Assembly: GCA_030704615.1 (NCBI GenBank)
Contig: CM060733.1
Coordinates: 68,944,001-69,008,000, forward strand
DNA: 64,000 nt
Source: Takakia lepidozioides
Lineage: Eukaryota > Plantae > Bryophyta
Direction: 5' to 3'
The stretch's first letter is position 1. Each line of letters begins with the position of its first letter. Positions 1 to 13,000 of this stretch are shown piece after piece. The position numbers and the translations under genes were made by a program. The notes under the pieces are model-generated. The model did no database searches. It saw only the letters and a list, made by a program, of their open reading frames with translations, and was not told the DNA's origin.

Positions 1-642
1 ACACAATCAGTGATAGCAGATCTGTTGTTGTCACCTTGAAAAATCAGCACGCATGAAGGGCTGTAAGCGTTCTTGATCAAGCTAGTTAGCTCTGGTGCTT
101 TCCGGGGTTGCATTGTAAGTGCTCTTGCTTTTGTTGGGAATATTGGTGCAAAGGATTAAGGCTCGGCATAGCTACGGATCTCGACTGGAGGAGAGCAGGT
201 CACTGGTAACCAAGAGCTGTGGGGGGTGCATTTGTAAACACAACTGAAATCCTAGAAATTATAGGGCACGTGGCCAGGGAACCTAGGAAACCATATAGAA
301 CTTAGGGAACCGGGAACCAGTTACCAGATATTTTGGGTGTAACTTTAAATTTTTAAATTTGAAAACCTTTAAAAAAAAAAGGGGGCCCTTTTGATCTAAT
401 TTAAATGATTTAAAGCCAAATTGGTCATATCTTTGTCAAATGGACTCTGTTTGACTCAGTTTTTGGGGGGATAGCTGCAGAAAGGGGGAATCTACCTACC
501 TAGACTTGGTTTTTGTTTTTGGGACTCTGCTAAAAATCTATGGAATTTTTAGAGTATGAGTGTGCCATGAAAGATCCACAATCCTGTTTCTAGAACCTGT
601 TCTGGTCTACATGAGGGATAAATCTGGGGATGTACTCCTTGT

Positions 643-1377
643 ATGGCTGGGGGAAATGAGGACGTGATTGAAGGGCAGGTCTCTTCTCTTAGCCTGTGCA
701 CCAAAGGGGACAAGATTTATGTTTCCCAAGGAACTCAGACTGATTTGAGTGGAGAACAGTTGGACGAGTTGATTGCATACTGGGAGTCAGGCATTAGCAG
801 TAGACAACAGACTGCTGTAGTTGGCATTGAGGGCCTCAATATCGCCTTGGACAGTCAGAACTCTGTTGGAGCCAGCAGTTCTGCAGCTGTAGGTGAAATA
901 CCAAAGTGGGTGAAAGCTAGGCTTGGAACACAGCCAAAGACAGCCCCGGGGACCAAGGTGTTCAGCCACAAAGCCGTGGTGTACTGGAGTAGAGGAGCAG
1001 GAGCTACACAAGTTTGTGCAATCAGACAGCGTTGCAGCCGGACACGCTCTGCACAAGGCAACCACGAGCGGGGGTTCATTACCGAGGACAAGTTTGTTCT
1101 GTTTGAAGGAGATGCAATCATTCGCAATGAGGACACCCGCAACCGTCTCAAAGCTTTCGAGTTGAGAGACTATCAGACCCTACCTTTGTTTTCTTTAGTG
1201 TTCAGTGAGCGGGAGATAGGGGAGTATTGCTTTGTCTCTACCTGGCAGAAAGAGGAGGAGGGTTGGTTAGAGCGAGTTACTGTAGCTTGGGACAAGGTTA
1301 GTGGCAGGTTTCTGGACATAGATATACCTCCTACACCTTACCATCATGCAGAGCGAGGCACTTTGAGAGAAGTCTGA
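643..1377 (+). CDS. Hypothetical protein, probably a 5' extra ORF of element B
   Basis: Uninterrupted 244-aa ATG ORF, about 450 bp upstream of element B gag once element A is removed. Confidence 0.5.
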   Translation: MAGGNEDVIEGQVSSLSLCTKGDKIYVSQGTQTDLSGEQLDELIAYWESGISSRQQTAVVGIEGLNIALDSQNSVGASSSAAVGEIPKWVKARLGTQPKTAPGTKVFSHKAVVYWSRGAGATQVCAIRQRCSRTRSAQGNHERGFITEDKFVLFEGDAIIRNEDTRNRLKAFELRDYQTLPLFSLVFSEREIGEYCFVSTWQKEEEGWLERVTVAWDKVSGRFLDIDIPPTPYHHAERGTLREV

Positions 1378-1659
1378 CAGTTGATAGCATAGATCAGGAT
1401 TAGATCTTGCTTGGTCGGGCTTCTATTCTTCCCCTCCATCTCTGTACTATTTTCATTACCTTGTACTTGTAGTTGCCAAAGCCTCTCTTGGTGGAGGCCA
1501 GTCAGTCCGGGGTTTTGGGCTGGGCTATTCTGCAGGATCAGCATTGCAGCTGGATTTTGGTGTGGGGGTGTTGATGTTTTGATTTCTTGTGTTTGGATCC
1601 CCCCCAACACCTGCATGCTTGACTGTGCGCCATGTTGGTTGGATTAGGCCGGATTTGAT

Positions 1660-2605
1660 TGTTAGAGGACTGTCGGGGACTTAGACACTTATACGGGATC
1701 TGTAGGGTACCCTTAATTTTTGCACAGACTGAGACCAACAGGAGCCTTAGGGGTGACAGCAGCGCACTGCAGAGGGGGGTTACACAGCCCGTCACAGTCG
1801 TCACAGCCACACAGCCAGTCACAGCCCGACACAGCCAAACACAGTCGCACAGCCAACACAGCCCGTCACAGTCGTCACAGCCGACACAGCCAACACAGCC
1901 CGTCACAGTCGTCACAGCCACACAGCCAGTCACAGCCCGTCACAGTTTCACACAGCCAGTCACAGCTTGACACAGCTGTCACGATCATAGGGAACGAAGA
2001 GTAGGACAAGGAACGACTGTGGGGAACAACACCTGCGAAGGGAACATGTTAGTTCACAGACACTGTTAGTGAGGGAAACGGTTAGAACCGCGGAGAGGAA
2101 GATAAAGGGAAAGACGGGGAATTGAGGAGGGGGATTCAGAGGAGGACTTCTTGGTGATAGAGGAGAGGGGATCGGGCAGAGATGAAGAACGGAAGTGAAG
2201 ATAGAGAGATGATGAGTAGATGCTTGATATATGCAAGGCTGTAATGATATTGTAGAGTAGATTAGAGACACAATGGCTTCGGCCTGATACCTGATAAATC
2301 ATAATCGGATACTTTTACGATACAATCACACTGTGTAGAGAGATCTGAGTGAAGCTGTGGAATGAATGGATGAGTTGATGGAATCCAATAGATTGATAAA
2401 GCAAACTGATACTTAATTATCAATGGTAAGATAGTTAACATGAATACCAAAAGGGAAACAAATAGGAAACACCCCCATGATACACTAGCTGTAGGTCATG
2501 ACTGATTGTTCTGCGCGGGCTGAGTACTTAGAGATTTCCAACTCTTCAATCTTGGAGTTTCCGCCTCGAATAGCGAAGGGATGGGTGAGTAAAAGCCGCG
2601 CGACA
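1660..2605 (+). repeat. 5' LTR of element A
   Basis: TG...CA termini; direct repeat of 13865-14751. Confidence 0.96.
1783..1982 (+). repeat. CACAGC(C)-based degenerate tandem array inside the LTR
   Basis: Repeated cacagcc/cacagtc units; copy number differs in the 3' LTR (about 13987-14132) and in the related LTR (about 60545-60755). Confidence 0.9.
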
Positions 2606-3193
2606 TTTGGCGACCATACTGGGGACCTGGGACATGAACAACCAGATGTGACAGGCATCTGGTGGGATCATGGTGGTTGGACCATTAAAGAATTTGAAGT
2701 GAATCAAATTCCCTGTGGAACGAAGGAAGAAAGATTGTCCAAACAATTCTTTCAAAGGTTCTTGGAATTGCCAGACGGTTGTAAAGAAAATATTCTTAAA
2801 CGAGTGCATGATGCTGATCCAGAATGGGGTCTGGAGAAAGGAGTGATAAAGATTTATCAGGTAGCCTGTAGAGGAAGAGCACGTTGGTTACCAACATTGG
2901 TTTATGTGATAGCATTGCTATCCATTAAACGAGTAGAGTTTGAAGGCTGGGAAGAAAGAAAGGTGAATGTTTATACTCATATGCATGAAGAGCTTGTACT
3001 GGTAAAGAATTGGATTCCAAAGGATATTTTGTGGATCAAACTCACACCAAGAATAGCTTTTCAGACTTGTTTGCCATATGGTTATATGGTAACGGAGACT
3101 TCAAGTATAGCCAAGGGTGCATTGAAGCTTGAAAGAAACCCAGGCATATACGAGAGATATTACAGAAGAGAGTTTTGGTTATTGCCACATTAA
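2498..3193 (+). CDS. Extra ORF upstream of gag in element A, unknown function
   Basis: 231-aa open frame running through the LTR end and PBS into the leader; true start uncertain; no recognisable motif. Confidence 0.55.
   Translation: MTDCSARAEYLEISNSSILEFPPRIAKGWVSKSRATFGDHTGDLGHEQPDVTGIWWDHGGWTIKEFEVNQIPCGTKEERLSKQFFQRFLELPDGCKENILKRVHDADPEWGLEKGVIKIYQVACRGRARWLPTLVYVIALLSIKRVEFEGWEERKVNVYTHMHEELVLVKNWIPKDILWIKLTPRIAFQTCLPYGYMVTETSSIAKGALKLERNPGIYERYYRREFWLLPH
2608..2625 (+). other. Primer binding site, tRNA-Arg-like
   Basis: TGGCGACCATACTGGGGA, 2 nt after the LTR end; resembles the complement of plant tRNA-Arg 3' ends (TGGCGAC...CTGGGGA). Confidence 0.8.
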
Positions 3194-3214
3194 AAGAAAT
3201 GAAAGACATGGGAC

Positions 3215-5535
3215 ATGAGTGATGAAAGAGAAGCTAGACGACAGAGATATTCAGCAAAAAGAGAAAGCTATCTGAAAGCTAATTATCCATATCTTTGGGA
3301 GAGAGGAATAGACATAGGGGAATCATCTGGACCTCTCACACCATTAAGATCAAAGAGTGCATCACCTATACCAGAAGAACTAGAGTTGGATGCCACTCCT
3401 TCTGTTTCTTTGCAAGAAAGATTAAGGGAATTGGTACAGGAAGAAGATCAATCATGAGGTGAAAGATCTGAGGTACATCCTTGGATAAAAGACTTGACAG
3501 AAATCTTTGATAAGAGTTGGCATGGAACACCAAAAGCAGGAACTCCAGTTTCTGAAGCAGAAGGTGAAGAAGGAGAAGAGGATGTGGCAGAGCCAACGGA
3601 GAGTTCAGACTCTCCGACACCATTACAGTTGAGTTACATGAGTGAAGAAGAAACCCAAGGGCAGAACTTGGAGGATGAAAACAGAGAGAAGAAATTAGAA
3701 GAGGAAGAATATGAAGAAGTAGACCCAACAACTGAGGTTGAGACTACAACCAGGACATCCCAACCCGTTGGACCTGGATCAAGTGGAGCACTTGGATCAC
3801 AGGCCAACGAAGGTGTCGGCTCAGGGGGATCAGGCGGGCTGCCTGGATCTGGCTCTGGGGGGACAGGGAGTGTGGGAAGTAGTGCAACTGAAGCTGGGAA
3901 TACTGTGAATATCGTGGGGCCAGAAGCAAGGAGTGCTCAAGGGCCACCACTTGGTGGAAGATCCACCACAAAAACAACAGGTCCAAAGGACCAGCACCAG
4001 CAAAGGTGCCAGCACCTGTCAGTGGGCAGAAGGTAGGGCCACAGATGGCGTTACAACCAACACGGGCAAAACCACCCTTTCCAATATATTCAGGAAAAAG
4101 GGATCCCGATGTACACATTAGCCAATTTGAGCACATGTGTATAGTGAACAATGAGAATGGCGATGATGCCAAGATGAGACTGTTTCCTTGTTCACTTATC
4201 AAGAAAGCAAGTGAATGGTATGCAAGATTCCCTGATAATCATTTCCTAACCTGGAATGGCTTGAATACAACATTTCGAAATAGGTTCAGGACAAGTAAAA
4301 CTGAGGATGAAGTGTATGGAAGTTTACAACAGCTGAAGCAGAAGAAGCATGAAACTGTTGAAGAGTATATGGAGAAGATGGAATTGATGATGAAAAAGCT
4401 GGCTGCAGTACCAGCGCCCGGTTTACAGAAGACTTGGTTTGTGAGTGGACTAAGACCAGAGTTGCAAAAGAAAGTGGATATGTTACCCCATAATACAGTG
4501 GAGGAGGCATTTGAAACTGCGAACAGAATTGAGCAATTGGGAATGCTCAGGAGAGAGAAAAAAGAAGATGAGGACTCTGAGGATGAGTCAGATGAAGAAG
4601 AAGAGCAAGAACTAAAAAGAAAGAGTAAGAGAAAGGAGAAGTTGAAGAGGGATAACTATGAAAAAAAATTGGAAGAAATCTTGAAGAAGTATGCCACAGA
4701 GGCTGCAACACATTGGAGGAAGGGTGTATGGTGTGCAAAGTGCCAGAATGAAGGCCATACCACCACAGAATGCCACATGAAGGAGAAACACTGTACTATC
4801 TGTAAAATGGATAACCATTCTACTGAGAATTGTTACTACAACAGAAGGACAGCTGCAAGAGAACCTAGGCAAGTAAGGGTGCATCAGGTGCAGCCCCAGC
4901 CAAGAAGAAACAATGATCAGGACCACTATGGTAGGTCTGGTGGTTATAACAATGGCATGGAAGGGAGAGGTAATTCAAGAGGGAATTACCAAGGAAATTC
5001 CAGAGGCAACTATCAGGGTAATCCAAGGGGGAATTACCAGCCCGGGAATCAGGATTATAGAAATAATCCAAGAACAGACCAAGGGCGAGGACCCAATGGT
5101 GAAGAGCTATGTTACTATTGTAATCAGCCAGGACATCGCAAGGCAGCCTGTTCATTCTGGATAAGACACCAGAATGAGATGAGAGCTCCTGTGAATGAGG
5201 GCCCAGTGGTGGCAGCTCACATGGTTAGGCCATGTGTTGTACCAGAAGTAAGTACAATGATAGTAACAAGAAGTAAAGCCAAACTAATACCTCCAGTAGA
5301 AGAGGAAGAAGATGAGACTGGAAGTGGCAATGATATGCCTGAAGATGAAGAGACTTGGAAAGATGAGAAGGAACTGCACAAGGAAGTGGCAGATACTATA
5401 AGGAAAATGCAAAAGAGTACTGATATTCCTGTGGCAGATTCCTCTGATTCGGATGGAGAAAAAGAAGGGAGTGAGGAAGAAAGAAAAAAGAAGATGCAGA
5501 CATGCAAAGTAATGAAGAGACTTTGGCTGAAGTAA
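3215..5535 (+). CDS. gag: Gag of element A (acidic N-terminal part in shifted frames; capsid and zinc knuckles in 4006-5535)
   Basis: Retrotrans_gag-like segment (MRLFPCSL...ASEWY...QKKHETVEEY...FVSGLRPEL); CCHC knuckles CAKCQNEGHTTTEC, CTICKMDNHSTENC, CYYCNQPGHRKAAC. Confidence 0.9.
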
Positions 5536-8500
5536 TATGTCAGACCAAAGCAGAAATTACCATTGGACAGCTATTAGCTGTGGCACCTTATTGTAGGCAC
5601 AGGCTGTATCAAGCAATCAATCGAATTGCCCAAGAGACAGGAAACACAGACCTGAACAGCAAGGTGACCAGTTATAATGTGAAGCCGGAAGGGCGAGAAA
5701 CAGTCATGGACTTTGATGATTCTATGCCAGTAATCCAATTGAGAATTGGAAGCACAGAACTAACTGATGTACTGATAGATGGTGGTTCTGGAGTAAATAT
5801 CATGACAGACCAATTAAGGAAGAAGCTTGGTCTAAGTAACATGAAACCAGCCCCATTTACAGTAACAATGGCAGATCAAAGAAGTGTACAGCCATTGGGA
5901 TTAATAAGAGGAGTTAAGATACAGATACAGAAAATGATCTTTATGATCACAGTAACTGTATTAAAAATGGATGAAGTCATGGAGGCTTACTCCTTATTAT
6001 TGGGACGTCCGTGGCTGAAACAGGCCAGGGTATTCCATGACTGGAATTCTCAGTTACTAACCGTGCATAATGGGATACACGAGATACAAATTACCACAAA
6101 GAAATCTAGTAGATTACCTGCTACAAGAAGACCTCGAGGAGTCAGAGAGTATGACTGGAGAGGAGGACTGGATGAGGAGCAGGAAGCTACCCTATTTGCT
6201 GCACACCCAGAGTGGGAGCAGGTTGCAGAGATGCGGCTGGAAAGCCTAAGTTGTTTGAGAGGTATCTGCTGTGGTGTAGTGACAGCAACACCAACTGAAG
6301 AGGAAACCAGCATTTACCCATCACATTTCTATGAAGAAAGAGAAGGAGAAATAGAAATCCTAGAAGAACCAGCCACTGTGAGCTTACAGGATGAAGTGGT
6401 GACTGGTTGGACAATCACAGCTGATGAGCAGGTGAGAGAAGTAAATGTGGGAACTAAAGAGGAACCGAGGATGGTGAAAGTAGGAGCTGATTTGGAGCCG
6501 GAATTCTTCGAAGAAGCTAAAAGCTTGTTCATCAAATACAGAGATGTATTTGCTTGGAGCTATGAGGATCTAAAAGGGATACCACCTGAAGTCTGTCAGC
6601 ATAAGATTGAACTGGAACCAGGGTCAGTACCAATCAAGCAGGCGAGGTATAGAATGAATCCCAACTACGCACAGAAGGTTGGAGAAGAGATAAAGAAGTT
6701 GGCTGAGGCTAAGTTTATATACCCAATAGAGTATACAACTTGGTTGTCACCCATTGTTATAGTTCCCAAGAAGAATGGCAAACTAAGAGTATGTGTGAAC
6801 TATAAGAAGCTGAATGCTTGTACGAAGAAAGATCCTTTCCCTTTGCCATTCACAGAAGCAGTATTAGACACTGTGGCAGGCCATGAGATGTACTCATTCA
6901 TGGATGGCTTCAGTGGTTATAATCAAGTGCAAGTGGCAGAAGAAGACCAAGGGAAAACAGCTTTCATCACAGACTGGGGGGCTTATGCATACAAAGTCAT
7001 GCCCTTTGGACTTTGTAATGCACCAGCGACCTTTCAGAGAGTGATAAGTGAATCTTTTCATGAGTATCTGGATGATTTCATGCAGGTATTCTTGGATGAT
7101 TTCAGTGTGTACAGCTCTAAGAGTGAGCACTTGCATAAATTGGAGTTATGTTTGGCCAGATGCAGGATGAGAGGTCTGGGCCTGAATCCAGAGAAGTGTA
7201 CTTTCTGTGTGAACTCAGGGGTGCTTCTGGGACACATTGTGTGTAAGAAGGGACTCCTTGTGGATCCCAGAAAGACAGAGTCCATTAAAGCCTCTCCACC
7301 ACCAGTGAATGTTAAAAGTCTACGGAGATTCCTTGGGCAAACCAGTTATTACAGGAGATTTGTCAAAAGGTATGCACAAATAGCAGCACCATTGAGCAAA
7401 CTACTGAAGAAAGATGCAGTGTTTGCCTGGACAGCTGAATGTCAACAGGCATTTGAGGAACTTACACTGTCAGTAACAACTACACCTGTGCTGATTAACC
7501 CTCACTGGCATGTAGTATTCCATGTTCACTGCGATGCATCAGGAGAAGCGTTGGGAGCGGTGTTAGCCCAGAATGTTACAGGGAATATAGATTCACCTGT
7601 GTACTATGCTAGCCGGTTGATGAACAGTGCTGAGAGGAACTATAGCACAACGGAAAGAGAAGCATTGGCAATGATCTATGCAGTGAAGAAATTCAGGCAT
7701 TACCTGTTGGGCAAGAAGTTTATGTTCTATGTGGATCACCAGGCTCTGATATATCTGGTAAACAAACCTCTGATAAGCGGAAGAATAGCAAGATGGTTGA
7801 TAATCTTGCACGAGTTTGAGTTCGAGGTTGTTTACAAGCCTGGAGACTGCATCTTGTGGCGGATCATTTGTCACGATTGTCAACAGGAGAACCAGCCACA
7901 GGAATAGATGATCAATTACCAGATGCGAGTCTCTTTGCAGTGGAGGTGCAGGGAAGTGCAGATGACTGGTTAGATTGGCAGTGGCCAATCAGATACTACC
8001 TTGCTCATGGTCAGTGCCCACCTAGTTATGGTAAGGAGCAGAGGAAGAGAATCGCTATCAAAGCTTTACCTTATACTATGGTAGGAAGCAGAATGTATAA
8101 GTTAGGACCTGATGGAGTACTAAAACGATGCTTGTACCACCATGAAGTAAATAAAGTTTTGGCGGAAGTTCATAAAGGAGTGGCTGGAGGTCATTTTGGA
8201 GAAGAGACTACCAGTAGAAAGATACTACTCGCAGGATACTGGTGGCCTACTTTGTTCAAAGATGTACACGAGTATTGTCAGAAGTGTGATGAATGTCAGA
8301 GGCTAGGACCTTTGCAGAGATCTGGAAGGATGGCCTTGCATCCTACAATGCCTACGGAACCATTTCAGAAATGGGGACTAGACTTTGTTGGACCAATTAA
8401 CCCACCATCCAAGAATACACGAAACAGGTACATAATTACAGCCACTGATTATACTACAAAGTGGGTGGAAGCTAAAGCTTTGAGGGACAACACAGCCAAG

Positions 8501-9556
8501 TCCACAGCAAGGTTCCTGTACGAGAACATACTTACACGATTTGGCTGTCCCTTAGAATTTATCAGTGATCAAGGAAGTCACTTCATGAATGAGACCATTG
8601 AGTTGTTGACTAAAGAGTTTATGATTGTGCATAGAAAGAGTACAACATATTACCCACAGGGTAATGGGCAGGCAGAGGCTACCAACAAAATACTATGTAC
8701 TATCTTGGCTAAGATAGTCAATGCAAACAGAACGGATTGGGATACAAAGCTGCTGACAGCTTTGTGGTCATACAGGACTTCATATAAAGTCACCACTAAG
8801 TATACACCATTCCAATTAGTTTATGGTATGGAAGCCTTACTTCCAGTGGAATTCCTGTTACCTACCATGAGAACGGAGTGGGGAAAAAGAATGGAATTGC
8901 AAGACTCCATCAAGGTCAGGAAACATGAATTATACCATGTGGAAGAAGTACGTGCTGATGCAGCTGATAATATGACCAGAATTCAGATGAAGCGAAAGGA
9001 ACAGTTTGATGAAGGCAAGTTAAAGACTTTTAAGACGGGGGATTTGGTTCTATGGTTGCAGAAGAAAGGAAAGATTCAAGCTTCTAAGCTTAAATCACCA
9101 TGGAAAGGACCTTATGTCATACAAAAGATGTATGATAACAACACCGCCATGTTACAAACCATTAACAAAGAAATGCTGGGAAGAGTCAATGCAAATAAGT
9201 TGAAGGGGTACAGTGGTATCCATGACAAACCCTTGCAGCATGATTTGCATGTTGAACCGCAAGAGCAGTCACGGGCTGCACCAGTGTTACGAACGGAGTA
9301 TGGAGCACTTGTCGCTAGGCCCAGCATATATGACCAGGGTGGGCAAAACAAACGTGACACAGCCTATCACAGCCCATCAGGCGCAACACAGCCTATCACA
9401 GCCCATCACGACGTGACACAGCCTATCACAGCCCATCACAACGTGACACAGCCTATCACAGCCCAGCACGGCGCAACACAGCCTATCACAACCTACCACA
9501 GCGTGTCACAGCCTATCACAGCTTACCACAGTGCATCACAGCCTATCACAGCGTAA
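5502..9556 (+). CDS. pol: Pol of element A (protease, RT, RNase H, integrase); one frameshift near 7850
   Basis: Protease LIDGGS; RT YKVMPFGLCNAP and FLDDF; RNase H HCDAS...TEREAL...YVDH; integrase HHCC, GLDFVG, SDQG, NGQAE and a GPY motif; no chromodomain. Confidence 0.95.
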
Positions 9557-9595
9557 CACAGTATGACACAGCCTGTCACAGCTCAACACAGCCTA
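9355..9595 (+). repeat. About 30-bp tandem repeat (ACACAGCCTATCACAGCCCATCAC...) at the 3' end of pol
   Basis: About 7 units, translated in frame as TQPITAHH-like repeats. Confidence 0.9.
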
Positions 9596-10059
9596 CTAAA
9601 GTTACACGATCCATAGAATCAGTGACAAGTGGACGCATAATAACTTCAGGAAAATGGCTGACGGAAGAGGAAACGGAAATTACTTTAAAAATAGACACGT
9701 GGAGGTCAGGGCGCGACACACAGCCGAGAAGGAAGTGCAAGAACAGGTGTCAAAAAGAAAGAGGACAAGAACGGCCGTCAAAAGGGATGAAAGGCGGGCC
9801 CATTAATGAATACGGAAAAAGGGAAACGGAACGAACGGCAAGTACAGAAAAGCGAATTCTTGTCACATGTGTGATCCTAGTGGACTATCCAACAGGGAAA
9901 GTCCACTAAAGAAGATAAAATCTAAAATCCAGTCACAGCGGATACAGCCAATAGAAAACCAGAGAAAGGATCAAGAAAATGGAGGGAAATTGAGCGCAAG
10001 AGGCGGCGTCGTTCTGAGTAACGGGGCGTCTCGACAGGACAGACCATCAATGCTATAGC

Positions 10060-13000
10060 TTGGAAACTATGGAGGAACTAACAGACTATACGCTCGCAAT
10101 ATTACTTACGCAGTGGCATAGACACGAAAGGACAGAGCAGAGCTTTTCTCTTGAGCGATGCTTGCAAGCCCCGCAGGCTTACAAGAAATTACCCATAGCT
10201 TTCTGCGGCAACCATACGTTTATGCTTTGTGCACTACAGGCATTCCTGCAGTTGTTACAGCCAAAACAGTTCTGTGAGTCTAAAATGAAGAGAGTGAGAG
10301 GAATGGAGGAAATCAGGGTGAAGAGCACCACAATTCTGCAGAAACAAACGATTGCTACCCCACAGGCGATACAGATACTGGAGGAGCTGAGATTGCAAGG
10401 ATTGCAAAGCCTAGATTGGACACTACACCATAGACAGTACATGTTACAATTTTTGCAGAACTTTGAGCCAAGGACAGGAACAACAACGGTGAAGGGAGTT
10501 GAATTAATGATTACTCCCCTATACCTCCAGCAATTGTTTCGATTGCCAGCAGGTCAGGTGCATGTGGAGGAACACAGGGCAAGACTGCAAATAGGGGACT
10601 TATTCCAAGAAGGGAGTTTCTTTAAAACTCAGGGTTATGCTTGTACCAAGGCTGTGTACCCAGGGTTAAAAGAGGTAGGCCAGGTATTGAACGTTCTGAT
10701 TGCCATGAAACAGAACCAACAGTATTTTGAGCAGATCCTTCACGGAGGAAATACTCAAAGGCCTGAAGGGACAAGAGGTACAATGGGCGGACATAATGTA
10801 CAACGCACTGGTAGAGGAGATGAAAAGATTACAAGGTACTACCGCAAAGTCTCCTATCATAGTGTCTGGCCCAATCATTGCTCAAATAATCCTTGATTCT
10901 GGCATACTTAATGCGCAAGAAAGAAAGGAAATGGGAGTGTTTGAGCCAGAAACAACTGCAATGGAAGAGCAAGGCTCTTCACACAGTGAGGGTGGACTAG
11001 CAGGGCAACCGAGACTAAGAGGCAGAGACGGGGAAAGACTGTAGTGGCGGATCCACTGGCTTCACGGATTCCGCATGATAATGTTTCCCAAGCTCATGGC
11101 CAGGAAGGGGCACAGCAGCACAGAGAAATGCTATTACTGGAAGCAGGACCTTCAGAGAGGGAGGAGGAAGTTACTTCTGCATCACAACCACACAGCCACC
11201 TGAACGACTTGTCACAAGGTCACAAGTTATCCATGCAGCTCAACCAGAAATAATTGATTTGGAAAGTGAAGGGTTAGATATTCCAACTACAGAACAGATA
11301 GTGGCAGAAATAGAGAAGGGGGACCTTCTCTATGAATATTCTGGTCTGGTCAAGGAGACAGAAATCCCAGAGGTGCAACAGTTGCCCAAGGGAAATCCTG
11401 AGGTGCATATAATACACACACCTGTGTCGGAGGTACCACAGGCGGAAGGTCATGACACTGTAGCACCGGTGATAGATGTAGTTCAGGAAGAAAATCCGGT
11501 GGGACAATGGCCTGAATGGTTAGTGAGACATCACACTGTTGAAGATCAGGAGGAACAGCAGCAACCTCACCATGATGACCCTCAACAGGCAATGCTGATG
11601 AGTTCCATAGGCAGGACACTTAATTTGTTGGGGACTTATGTCAAATCCCATGTTCCAATTACCCAATTGACAGCCTTGAGAGAGGAACTCAGGAAGGAGT
11701 TTGAGGCTCGACTTGCCACTGAGTGTGCAAACAAGGTCGATGAAGAGGTCACTCTCAAGATGAAGCAGGACTTGGGAAATACAGAAATGGCTTTGCAATT
11801 GGCCAAGGAACAATTGATTGAGGCAGGCCTCGCGCAAGACCAGTTGCACGAAGCACATAAGCAACAGCTATACCAAATGCAGGTGCAGCATGAAAGCAAG
11901 TTGCAAGAACTGAATGCACTACATACGGAGTTGCAGACAGTGCATAACAGGATGGCGATACAATGTGCTACATTTACAACTATGCTTGACCAATCTACAA
12001 AAGAAATAAACAGTCAAGCGGAAAATGTACGAAGGCAGAAGAGAGAATGTTGAGCAAATGAAGCTCATTGTCGATATGAAGAATACAATCTGTCGCAATG
12101 AAGATACTTTCAAGCAATACAGGCAGATTGAAGCTGATCAAGAGAAGCACATCGTGGAGTTGCAACAAACCATCATGGCCAATAGAAATGAAATCGCGGT
12201 CAATAACAAGGCTTGGAAGGAAGCCAATAATCTACTTGCTGCTTATGCGCAATTGGTTTGAACCTCAGGCGAAGCGCATGGAGGCTTTACAACAGCAGTT
12301 GGAATTGTACAAGCTAAGAGAGGAGCAAACTCTCAGGGGAACCACAAGCAACTTGGTGGATAACAGCCTTATGCAGGTCTGGTTAGCACAAGGGCCAGTA
12401 GAGGGCAAAGCACCACGGAAGCTCACCCAAAGCGAGATGAATGAGCTCAGGCTGCAGGTGCAGAACATTGCCACAACTACTATAGACAATGTCTATAGTA
12501 GGATAGCAGAGTTACAAGAGGATGTAGACGGACTCCAGACTCAAGTGGAAGACCTCACTTCAAACATCGACCAAAGAGTCTATATCCCTCAGGAACAGCT
12601 AATGGCTTCTTATTTACAAGCCAGAACTTTGGCTTTTCAGTCTTCACAGGAGGTGCAGGAGATGCCAATGATACAAGAGCCAGTACCACCACCACCACAA
12701 CAAGTCACTGTACCAGTAGCTGAACCTGTGGTTACTACAAACCACACCACAGCCACCACAGCCGGAGGTATGGGGCAATGCCGCTTTTAACCCACCTAAA
12801 ACTCCAGCTGCAAGGGAGTACAGTAGGGCTATGATTATGCCCTTCAACCAAATTCCCATCATGTTGGATTTGGCTTGGAAAGAATTTAGTCCTCCGCAGT
12901 CATCGCACATTACTACCAAATCATGCGTATTTGGCTGCCAGTGGCAACTAGGACTAAAGTTCTTCCAAACAATCGACATATTGAAGATCATCACTTTGCA

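Noticed and set aside
93-102. tRNA-Thr-like PBS TGGTGCTTTC for element B
   Set aside because: Only 10 nt match and no preceding CA LTR end
1783-1982. Possible CRISPR-like array, or real proteins from the TQPVTA-repeat ORFs
   Set aside because: No unique spacers; these are degenerate LTR tandem repeats in a eukaryotic context, and the ORFs are by-products
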